Below are positions 44,630-52,830 of a DNA stretch of 64,000 bases, piece by piece; position 1 is the first letter of the stretch; the number at the start of each line of letters is the position of its first letter. The notes under the pieces are model-generated. The model searched no databases. It was not told the DNA's origin and saw nothing but the letters and a program-made list of their open reading frames with translations. Source of the DNA: Lachnospiraceae bacterium UBA3641. Lineage in GTDB: Bacteria > Bacillota > Clostridia > Lachnospirales > Lachnospiraceae. The DNA lies in the NCBI GenBank assembly GCA_002373875.1, contig DFKQ01000060.1, positions 12,993 through 76,992 on the forward strand. Reading direction: 5' to 3'. The translations under genes and the position numbers were made by a program.

Positions 44630-44824
44630 TAAAGGTAACATCATAAGGGCTCCTCCCATAAATGGGTCCCTCCTCATGAACAGTCGTAAAATCCATCCTG
44701 AATTATGCTTCGCATAATGGATTTTACTAAGGTAACATCATAAGGACTCCTCCCATAAATGGGCCCCTCCTCATGAACAGTCGTAAAATCCATCCTGAAT
44801 TATGCTTCGCATAATGGATTTTAC
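44630..44824 (-). repeat. Tandem duplication (2 x ~98 bp) of a two-hairpin intergenic element
   Basis: Copies 44630-44727 and 44728-44824 differ by 2 substitutions and 1 indel. On the minus strand each unit is GTAAAATCCA-TTATGCGAAGCATAA-..-TGGATTTTAC followed by TCATGAGGAGGG.CCCATTTATGGGAGGAG.CCTTATGA. Confidence 0.85.
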
Positions 44825-45930
44825 TTCGGAAAGGTGTAGAATACAAAATACCCTTTAACATACAATACATATATCATCGAAAATACAATGCCCGGAATAA
44901 CACAGGCCGCATATTTAAACAGCATTCCCCACCTCTTCTTCCTTACGATCATGGGAAGAAAGAGGACCGTAAGCTCCACCGGAAGGAGCATGTTGGCCGA
45001 TGAGGATATTGTTGCGGCTCCAAAGCACACAAGAAAAGTCATGAGCCAGGGCCTTACCGTAAGCGTATCATCATTCATGCTCATGAAAAGAAGGAATATA
45101 GCGGCCACCGCCAGATTACCCACTATAGCCTTGCCCTCATATGTCCTTGTCATAAGAAACAGGGATGATGTATAAATGGTGATAAAGGTCAGGTTTATTA
45201 TAAACATAAAAGCCATCATGACCAATACAGCCGCCTCTTTGTTTATCTTCCTGCCTTCGTTCTCTTCATCTACATAGGCAAACAGCTTGCCCGCGATCAT
45301 ATAGTAGACGATATTTGTGAGTATTATCACGGTTGTTGCCATTACCGACTTGGTCCAGATAAGGGCCGGAATATGTGTCGCCTGACACACAACAGCATCC
45401 TGGATCTGATAGGTGGCAAAGAAATACCTCATCTCGTAATGATCCTGCCAGGCTCCCGTGAAGGGGTCATATACATTCATCATATTTGTTTCAACGCTCG
45501 TAGCCACATTCGCAACATAGTAGGCCGCATCAAGAGTAAAATTATATGTAGCGGATACAAGAAATACCTGGGCAGCCACAAGCAGGACAATAAAAAGGCT
45601 GATAAGCGGGTGACTCTTAACATGATCTGCTGCTTCCTTTACAGCTTTAAGCCATGATCTGCCATTCATAACAAAAGATACCGCCACAACAATAACGGCA
45701 AAGGGTACCCATATCCCTGTCAGCATGGACAGGGGCCTGTAATACTTCATGGGACCTACACAGACAATGAAAAAAAGAAAATAATAGAAGAAGAACCCCA
45801 CTATCAGGGACAGAAGAAGCGGACATGTTTCCTTACTGCCCCCGGCCTTACGTGTTATAAATGATCCGAAGCTTAAATACAATATGAAATTGCAGATAAC
45901 CGAAAGGGCGATCAAAATCGCATTGCTCAT
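44821..45930 (-). CDS. Polytopic membrane protein of unknown function
   Basis: 369 aa with about 10 TM helices and no motif I can assign. It sits in a glycan locus. Confidence 0.6.
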   Translation of the reverse strand: MSNAILIALSVICNFILYLSFGSFITRKAGGSKETCPLLLSLIVGFFFYYFLFFIVCVGPMKYYRPLSMLTGIWVPFAVIVVAVSFVMNGRSWLKAVKEAADHVKSHPLISLFIVLLVAAQVFLVSATYNFTLDAAYYVANVATSVETNMMNVYDPFTGAWQDHYEMRYFFATYQIQDAVVCQATHIPALIWTKSVMATTVIILTNIVYYMIAGKLFAYVDEENEGRKINKEAAVLVMMAFMFIINLTFITIYTSSLFLMTRTYEGKAIVGNLAVAAIFLLFMSMNDDTLTVRPWLMTFLVCFGAATISSSANMLLPVELTVLFLPMIVRKKRWGMLFKYAACVIPGIVFSMIYVLYVKGYFVFYTFPK

Positions 45931-45938
45931 CCTGTTTA

Positions 45939-47339
45939 CTACTCCGACTTTTTTAATTCCTCTACCTGCTGCTGCAGGTTTACGGTGGTTTCATACAAGC
46001 TGTTTATCTTGCGGTTCATGACAAAAACAGCTCCCGCAAAGAGTATAATGACTATGATAAGGGCTATCGCAAGATTCCTTGAGTTTAGTATCTTATGATT
46101 CTTCATCTCCTCTTCCTCCCACTTGAAATCGTTGTTTATAAGAAGACCTGTTGCAAAGGGCAGAAACCCATGCAGGATAACCGATGCCGGCGCAAACCAG
46201 CAATAAAGCATGGTTACCGGAAGCAGGGCCGCAGACTGACACCCCCACAGATTTAATACGCATATGATAAGGACCATATATAAGGCCGGACCCTTATCCC
46301 TGAACAGACGGCGCGCGAGGCTGTAATAGGCATAATAATAAGCCGGTATCATGATGAAGGGAAGCACGGAATACAGAAAAATGAATCCGACCCTTCCGTA
46401 TACCCCATGCGCAAGCGCTGCGGGTTCATCATACGAAAAGATCACGACACCCGCTATCTGGCACAGAATCAGCAAGATCGTTAATGCCTTAAAAAGTACC
46501 GGAGCATCTTTCCCGTCTGACTTCTTTCGTGATCTCAGTGCATGAACAAGACAGAAGCCGGCAAAAACAAAACACAAGCCAAAGGTAAGCAGGGCCTGTA
46601 ATCTATCAAAGGCCCCGGAGGAAGAGGCCGCCCCGTTCCCTGTCTTATCCCTGTATATTCTATATCCTGACACATCTGAGATCAGTTCATAATCATATTC
46701 CTCGAAGGGGAGTTCAAAGAAGGTCTTCTGACTGTCATATATGATATGGTCATATCCTGCCTTACGGACCCTCTCCACCAACCTTGCCTGATCGGGTACA
46801 GACAGCGACATCTGCTCGTAAACGTATCTTGCATCTTCGTCTAGTCCGGCAGGATCATCGTTTGGGGGATAAGATAGCATAACATCAAATCTGTCACTGT
46901 AAACATTCATATAAGAACTTAATCCCGGGGGGGCAACTGCCCTTACAGTCCCTTCTTCACTCTTAAGCAGGCTGTCCATAACATCCACATAATCCTGCCT
47001 TATGTGCATCGGATTTTCAGCAGTATAATGATCCCTGTCGGAAAAGGTCCATCCCCCGGAAAGCATAAGCGTGATTATAACAAGAAGACCTGCAAGAATG
47101 CCCTCGGGAACCGTTCTTGACCCGAACCTGTTCAGGGCCCGGGAAAAAGCATATCCTATACCTGAAAGAGGGCTTAAGACAAAGAATAAGGGATTAATGC
47201 GGTCGTTACCCTCTGCTGCATCCTCCGTCCTGTTTAAAAGATAAATAATAAGAACAGAGACGAGAAACAGGGTCAGCCCCTTTCCCGTCCCGCGGTAATT
47301 GTCATATGTTGTTATTAAGGATGCCCATAATTCTTTCAT
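45939..47339 (-). CDS. Membrane protein of unknown function (TM - soluble domain - TM bundle - C-terminal coiled tail)
   Basis: 466 aa. The soluble domain (residues ~100-240) resembles the C-terminal domain of 43755-44621. No catalytic motif was recognised. Confidence 0.6.
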   Translation of the reverse strand: MKELWASLITTYDNYRGTGKGLTLFLVSVLIIYLLNRTEDAAEGNDRINPLFFVLSPLSGIGYAFSRALNRFGSRTVPEGILAGLLVIITLMLSGGWTFSDRDHYTAENPMHIRQDYVDVMDSLLKSEEGTVRAVAPPGLSSYMNVYSDRFDVMLSYPPNDDPAGLDEDARYVYEQMSLSVPDQARLVERVRKAGYDHIIYDSQKTFFELPFEEYDYELISDVSGYRIYRDKTGNGAASSSGAFDRLQALLTFGLCFVFAGFCLVHALRSRKKSDGKDAPVLFKALTILLILCQIAGVVIFSYDEPAALAHGVYGRVGFIFLYSVLPFIMIPAYYYAYYSLARRLFRDKGPALYMVLIICVLNLWGCQSAALLPVTMLYCWFAPASVILHGFLPFATGLLINNDFKWEEEEMKNHKILNSRNLAIALIIVIILFAGAVFVMNRKINSLYETTVNLQQQVEELKKSE

Positions 47340-47344
47340 AAAAG

Positions 47345-48289
47345 CTATCTTTCGGCACGCATCGGATTATTGAGAAAATCCTCATATGCAAGCCTGATAC
47401 CGTCTTCAAGCTCCGTCTTATACGTCCATCCGAGGGCAGTGGCCTTACTTACATCAAGCAGCTTCCTGGGTGTCCCGTTTGGCTTGCTTGTATCCCAGCG
47501 GATCTCACCCGTATAGCCGATCACCTTAGCCGTAAGCTCGGTAAGCTCCTTAATGGTAAGCTCCTTGCCCGTACCCGCGTTTACCGTCTCATCTCCTGAA
47601 TAATTATTCATAAGGAATACACACAGGTTGGCAAGATCATCCACATAGAGGAATTCCCTTAATGGGCTTCCGTCCCCCCAGCATGTCACATAAGGAAGGC
47701 CCTGCTCCCTGGCCTCATGGAAGCGCCTTATTAGGGCGGGCAGCACATGTGAATGGGTGGGATGGTAATTGTCATTCGGCCCATACAGATTGGTGGGCAT
47801 AACACTTATATAATCGGTCCCGTACTGCTTATTCAAAAACTCGCAATACTTAAGACCGGATATCTTGGCAAGGGCATAAGCCTCATTGGTCTTCTCAAGC
47901 TCCGATGTAAGCAGACAGGATTCCGGCATGGGCTGCGGTGCCATACGGGGATAAATACACGATGACCCCAGGAACTCAAGCTTCTTACATCCATTCTCGA
48001 AAGCGCTGTGTATAACATTCATCTCAAGGATCATGTTAAAGTACATGAAGTCCGCAAGGGCTTCACTGTTGGCCACGATCCCTCCAACCTTGGCAGCTGC
48101 AAGGAAGACATATTCGGGCTTCTCAGACGCGAAAAACTTCTCAACATCCGCCTGTCTGCACAGGTCAAGCTCCTTATGCGTTCTGGTAACTATATTTGTG
48201 TATCCCTGTCTCTCAAGCTCACGAACTATTGCGGAACCGACCATGCCGCGGTGTCCGGCAACATATATTTTGGCATTTTTCTCCATCAT
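47345..48289 (-). CDS. fcl: GDP-L-fucose synthase (GDP-4-keto-6-deoxymannose 3,5-epimerase/4-reductase)
   Basis: 314 aa. IYVAGHRGMVGSAI..LAAAKVGGI..GSSCIYP..YALAKI..PTNLYGPNDN is the Fcl/WcaG pattern. It lies directly downstream of gmd. Confidence 0.9.
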   Translation of the reverse strand: MMEKNAKIYVAGHRGMVGSAIVRELERQGYTNIVTRTHKELDLCRQADVEKFFASEKPEYVFLAAAKVGGIVANSEALADFMYFNMILEMNVIHSAFENGCKKLEFLGSSCIYPRMAPQPMPESCLLTSELEKTNEAYALAKISGLKYCEFLNKQYGTDYISVMPTNLYGPNDNYHPTHSHVLPALIRRFHEAREQGLPYVTCWGDGSPLREFLYVDDLANLCVFLMNNYSGDETVNAGTGKELTIKELTELTAKVIGYTGEIRWDTSKPNGTPRKLLDVSKATALGWTYKTELEDGIRLAYEDFLNNPMRAER

Positions 48290-48315
48290 CTCTGTTACTT
48301 CCGTTCTTTAATACT

Positions 48316-49395
48316 CTATTTGGCCGCTCTCTTGCCTTCTTTATATTCTTTTGCACTCACTCCGGCAATAGTCTTCATATCCGAATCGACCATCATTGAT
48401 ACAAGCCCCGGAAAATCAACCTTCCTCTTCCATCCAAGCTCCTTCTCCGCCTTGGAACAGTCGCCCCAGAGGAATTCAACCTCGGCAGGCCTGAAATATC
48501 TGGGATTTACATCAACAAGAAGACGGCCGGTTGCAGCGTCATAGCCCTTCTCGCTGACTCCTTTACCCTTCCACTCTATATCAATGCCAACCTCCTTGAA
48601 GGCCAGCTCAACGAATTCCCGTACGGTATGCGTTTCATTGGTGGCAAGCACATAGTCACCCGGCTTGTCCTGCTGGAGCATTCTCCACATACCTTCCACA
48701 TAATCACCGGCAAAGCCCCAGTCACGCTTGGCGTTCAGGTTACCCAGAGACAGCTTCTCCCTTTCATCGGCCATGATCGATGCAACGGCACGTGTGATCT
48801 TCCTTGTAACGAAGGTCTCGCCACGTCTCGGTGATTCATGGTTGAAGAGAATACCGTTGCAGGCAAAAAGGTTATAAGCCTCCCTGTAATTGACCGTTAT
48901 CCAATAGGCGTAAAGCTTAGCCGCTCCGTAAGGGCTCTTGGGATAGAAGGGGGTCTTCTCCGACTGGGGGGCAGTCTCGGGAAGTCCTCCGAACAGCTCG
49001 GATGTTGATGCCTGATAGAACTTGGTCTTAACACCCGACTTCTTGATGGCGTCAAGAAGCCTTAAGGTTCCGATACCCGTAGTCTCTGCCGTATACTCGG
49101 GAACCTCAAAGGATACGGCAACATGTGACTGGGCCGCAAGATTGTATATCTCGGTAGGCTGGATCTGTTCGATAAGCCTGTTTAAGTTGCTGGAATCCGT
49201 AAGGTCACCATGGTGAAGGAACATAGTCTTATCCCTCACTTCCCTGTCATAGTAAAGGTGGTCTATCCTGTCCGTACTTATACTGGAATGACGGCGGATG
49301 ATACCGTGCACCTCATATCCTTTATCAAGCAGAAGCTCTGCAAGATACGATCCGTCCTGACCGGTGATTCCCGTGATCAAAGCTACATTTCTCAT
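48316..49395 (-). CDS. gmd: GDP-mannose 4,6-dehydratase
   Basis: The start was moved to the ATG at 49395 (GAGGAG RBS). [60 protein letters not shown]. Confidence 0.95.
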   Translation of the reverse strand: MRNVALITGITGQDGSYLAELLLDKGYEVHGIIRRHSSISTDRIDHLYYDREVRDKTMFLHHGDLTDSSNLNRLIEQIQPTEIYNLAAQSHVAVSFEVPEYTAETTGIGTLRLLDAIKKSGVKTKFYQASTSELFGGLPETAPQSEKTPFYPKSPYGAAKLYAYWITVNYREAYNLFACNGILFNHESPRRGETFVTRKITRAVASIMADEREKLSLGNLNAKRDWGFAGDYVEGMWRMLQQDKPGDYVLATNETHTVREFVELAFKEVGIDIEWKGKGVSEKGYDAATGRLLVDVNPRYFRPAEVEFLWGDCSKAEKELGWKRKVDFPGLVSMMVDSDMKTIAGVSAKEYKEGKRAAK

Positions 49396-49452
49396 TGTTT
49401 TCTCCTCTTTTAAATGCACTTTTTATATTGCCAATTCATTTTTGATGAGGGT

Positions 49453-49926
49453 CTACGGCAGTACATTGACCGAAACGAGCCCCACAATTATACCAAGAAT
49501 CGCTCCGCACAACACCTGAAGTGGTGTATGTCCGATAAGAACCTTGAGCTGTTCCTGATCGAATTCCAGTTTAAATTCACCGTTTTCCGGAAGCCTGAAG
49601 AACTCCATTATCCGGTTTAATATCTCAGCCTGATTACCTGTTTCCCTGCGGACTCCCCTTGCATCATACATTACTATTATCGCAAGGATCGTGGATACGG
49701 CAAATGCCGCGGAATCGAGTCCGTAATCATAGCCTGCCGCCACACACAGGGCACACACCGTGGCCGAATGGCAACTTGGCATACCGCCCGAACCCACAAG
49801 TCTTTCAAAATTGATCTTTTTGTTAAGGGCCATGTCAATAAGGGTCTTCACCACCTGGGCGATAGCCCAACCAAACACGGCAGCTAACAACATTCTGTTG
49901 TGAATAATATCTGTCAGATATTGCAT
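49453..49926 (-). CDS. Divergent PAP2 / DUF212 (YuiD-like) membrane protein
   Basis: 157 aa. GGMPSCHSATVCAL and GHTP.QV..G are DUF212 hallmarks. Confidence 0.8.
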   Translation of the reverse strand: MQYLTDIIHNRMLLAAVFGWAIAQVVKTLIDMALNKKINFERLVGSGGMPSCHSATVCALCVAAGYDYGLDSAAFAVSTILAIIVMYDARGVRRETGNQAEILNRIMEFFRLPENGEFKLEFDQEQLKVLIGHTPLQVLCGAILGIIVGLVSVNVLP

Positions 49927-49927
49927 T

Positions 49928-50800
49928 TTATAAATAATTTCCTATGTATTCCGATATGGCTTTTTCCCAGTCCGCATACATATGGTCCGTTGTAAGCCTG
50001 AACATATAATTCTCAAGAACCGAAAACCTGGGACGGTCAGCCGACTGTGGATTCATTTCCTTATACTGCTCACTGGTAACCGGTATAACCTCGGTTTTTT
50101 TACCTGCCAGAGAGAATATCTTCTTTGTAAAGTCGGCCCAGCTGCACTGCCCTTCACAGGTTCCGTGGAAAAGACCGTAATTCTCAGTAGGGAGGAGATA
50201 GGCAACCGCCTTGGCAAGTTCTGCCGTACTTGTGGGCGACCCCAGCTGATCGTTTACCACCGTGATCTTATCGTGGCTCTCCGACAGGCGAAGCATTGTC
50301 TTAACAAAGTTCTTACCATCACCGTAGAGCCATGCCGTCCTTATTATAAAGAAATCCTTCGCAAACTGCTTAACGAAATTCTCACCTGCAAGCTTGGTAA
50401 TGCCGTACATTGCCTTGGGACCCACGGGATCGAATTCCGTATACGGAACATTGCCGTCACCCGCAAAGACATAATCGGTTGAGATATGCATCATTTTGGC
50501 ACCCGTCTCGGTTGCCGCGATGCTTAAGTTCCTGGGGCCGATCGCATTGATCTTATATGCGGCATCCTTCTGGACCTCGCATGCATCAACCGCTGTATGG
50601 GCCGCACAGTTTATTACGGCGTATGGCCTTACTTCCTTAAAAAGGTCAAGACAGGAATCAAGATCCGTTATGTCAAGATCCCTTACGCCTTCAACCTTAA
50701 AATCGGTGTTTACAAGCTCGTATTCCTTATTTCCTTCATAGAGCTTATTTATCTCCCGACCCAGCTGGCCGTTGCAGCCGGTGATTATTATCTTCTTCAT
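49928..50800 (-). CDS. rfbD: dTDP-4-dehydrorhamnose reductase
   Basis: The start was moved to the ATG at 50800 (GGAG RBS; MKKIIITGCNGQLGREI). INCAAHTAVD..STDYVF..YGITKLAGE..RTAWLYG..DQ.GSPT is the RmlD pattern. The 50-codon extension in the ORF track runs into repeat element B's flank. Confidence 0.9.
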   Translation of the reverse strand: MKKIIITGCNGQLGREINKLYEGNKEYELVNTDFKVEGVRDLDITDLDSCLDLFKEVRPYAVINCAAHTAVDACEVQKDAAYKINAIGPRNLSIAATETGAKMMHISTDYVFAGDGNVPYTEFDPVGPKAMYGITKLAGENFVKQFAKDFFIIRTAWLYGDGKNFVKTMLRLSESHDKITVVNDQLGSPTSTAELAKAVAYLLPTENYGLFHGTCEGQCSWADFTKKIFSLAGKKTEVIPVTSEQYKEMNPQSADRPRFSVLENYMFRLTTDHMYADWEKAISEYIGNYL

Positions 50801-50959
50801 ATCCTGCTCCGTATGTAACACACTTTTGCGTACTTTCAAAATAAACCAACATATAGTATACTGAATTATGTGCTTTTTTTCAACTGTTTGTAAGTCCGCT
50901 TCAACCACGGAATATTTTACCGCGAACGGCCACCACTCCGGTAAGCTCACTGATTTGAA

Positions 50960-51203
50960 TATATAGTAAGCGAAGCGGCATTCATTTCGGACGAGAGGAA
51001 CAGTGCTCCCCGACCGGGTGGTAGTTCGTCATGAGGGGTACCGCGAAGCGGTGGAGTCCTTATGACAGTAGGAGAGCAAAAAAAGCGAGAATGGATTCGA
51101 GTTCTTTTCCGGTACTGTGATTTTGGGCATGAGGTGGCTGCGAAGCAGACGGAGTCCTGATGCCATTAGGTTCGTCCAAAATCGTATGACGCGCAGCGAA
51201 TTA
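50960..51203 (+). repeat. Structured intergenic repeat, copy B (long form with two nested hairpin modules), in the 5' leader of 51213-52820
   Basis: It aligns with the reverse complement of 13364-13515. It carries two inserted 37-nt hairpins, H1 at 51029-51065 (TCATGAGGGGTACCGCGAAGCGGTGGAGTCCTTATGA) and H2 at 51127-51163 (GCATGAGGTGGCTGCGAAGCAGACGGAGTCCTGATGC). Confidence 0.5.
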
Positions 51204-51212
51204 AGGTAAGAA

Positions 51213-52820
51213 ATGAAAAATATAAAATTCTGCATAATTACAATATTGGCGGTGATACATCAGGCAGTAACCGGTATCGCAGATCTTAAGATATTCACCG
51301 TTCCCATGAGCGCGAACCCTGTCGATTACGTGACATGTAAAATATCTGCCCTTATCGTAAGCTGGGCTTTTTTCTACATGCTCTGGCAGCTCTTTATGGA
51401 AAAGGACGGACTTATCAAAGGCCGGAAGGATGAGCGCAATACCATCTCCCGTGTGGTTATAAAGGCTCTTCCTTATCTTTTTATAATGATCCCTGTATGT
51501 ATATTTAAGCTTCGCGGCGGATACTTAAGCAATGACGAGACACTGATATATGAGAATGCCGTAACGCTTACTCATTACACATGGTTCTATTATATAACCA
51601 CTTACTACTACATCATAAGCCTGATGCTTATTCCACATATGTACGCCCCGATATTTGTCAAGCTCATTATTGAGTATCTGACCATCGGTTATGTTGTCCT
51701 CCGTTCTTCCGACTATTTTACTGCAAGGCAGTCCGGATTCTTTATAAAGAAACCTGTTAAGATAGGCTATGGCGCTCTGATAATGCTCCTCTTTGTGCTC
51801 TATCCCGTTATCGCTTATACAACAAGCGCCCACAGGCTGCCGATATATTTTCTTCTTTATCTCCTGCTCATAACCATGCTTCTTTTTGACAGGCTTGAGC
51901 AGGCAGCCCTTACCATACCGAGACTGCTGACGATAATAATACTGGGCTGTATCCTTACCCAGTGGCGTACGGAAGGGATCTATCTTCTGGTGCTCATCCC
52001 CGTCTTGGTACTTTTATGCTATGAAAATATCCAGCTTACCGGTAAGAGGACACTCAGGCTTAAGGATAAAAAGGTATTTGTTATATCTCTTATCATCTAC
52101 CTGATATGCCAGTACGTTATCTCCATCCCCCAGAACGGACTGATGGCAAAAGAGCTCACAGCTGCGGCAGATGACAGGATGAAGCCCTTCTATGCCTATA
52201 CGATCACAAACATGTACCGCAACGGCCTTGATAAAAATAAAAATGCCGACGACCTTGCGATCGTCGACAAATATATATCACTTGAATCCCTTGATGCCAT
52301 AAACGATTACTACGGAGACATTAATTATGAGGATGTACTGATCCTTTACCAGCCCGGTTTTGTCGGTGTCAGGGAGGAAGCCGGTGTGACCGAGTATTAT
52401 GACTTTGTCCTGGCTCTTAAGAGGATATTTAAGAACAATCCCCGGATATTTCTCCGCACCAGGATAGGAGCCTTCATCTATGCGGCCCTGCCATACCATA
52501 TAAGCTATACGGGTACCGATTTAAGGTCCCTCATCAGCCTGGCTTTCAGCGTTGTAAAGACCGTTTCCTACAACCTCTTCATCCCCCTTGTGATACTGCT
52601 CTTCTTATGCCTGTATTCGCTCGCAAGGGGAAGATGGTTTACCTTCTTCACAACAAGCGGTCTGCTGGCCCACTGGTTCATCGTCTTTATACTGGCACCG
52701 GCATCGTATTTTAAATATTATTTCCCGGTGTACATTACCGCATATCTTTACCTGTTTTTATTGATCATCGCACATCTTTACAACAGGAAACATTCCGTCA
52801 AGATAAAGATCCTGCAATAA
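51213..52820 (+). CDS. Polytopic membrane protein of unknown function
   Basis: 535 aa with more than 12 TM helices and one ~110-aa soluble loop. It is an isolated plus-strand gene, convergent with the S8 protease gene across a 10-bp gap. Confidence 0.6.
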   Translation: MKNIKFCIITILAVIHQAVTGIADLKIFTVPMSANPVDYVTCKISALIVSWAFFYMLWQLFMEKDGLIKGRKDERNTISRVVIKALPYLFIMIPVCIFKLRGGYLSNDETLIYENAVTLTHYTWFYYITTYYYIISLMLIPHMYAPIFVKLIIEYLTIGYVVLRSSDYFTARQSGFFIKKPVKIGYGALIMLLFVLYPVIAYTTSAHRLPIYFLLYLLLITMLLFDRLEQAALTIPRLLTIIILGCILTQWRTEGIYLLVLIPVLVLLCYENIQLTGKRTLRLKDKKVFVISLIIYLICQYVISIPQNGLMAKELTAAADDRMKPFYAYTITNMYRNGLDKNKNADDLAIVDKYISLESLDAINDYYGDINYEDVLILYQPGFVGVREEAGVTEYYDFVLALKRIFKNNPRIFLRTRIGAFIYAALPYHISYTGTDLRSLISLAFSVVKTVSYNLFIPLVILLFLCLYSLARGRWFTFFTTSGLLAHWFIVFILAPASYFKYYFPVYITAYLYLFLLIIAHLYNRKHSVKIKILQ

Positions 52821-52830
52821 GCCGCCCACT

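Noticed and set aside
44622-44696. ORF-track start MDFTTVHEEGPIYGRSPYDVTFRRN for the 43755 gene.
   Set aside because: These codons lie inside the duplicated hairpin element. The identical sequence in the second copy is non-coding, and the ATG has no RBS and is sequestered in a 10-bp stem. The ATG at 44621 with AGGAG is preferred.
50801-50950. 50-codon N-terminal extension of the rfbD ORF.
   Set aside because: The conserved RmlD Rossmann start MKKIIITGCNGQLG begins at the ATG at 50800 and has a GGAG RBS. The extension has no similarity to RmlD and runs towards repeat element B.
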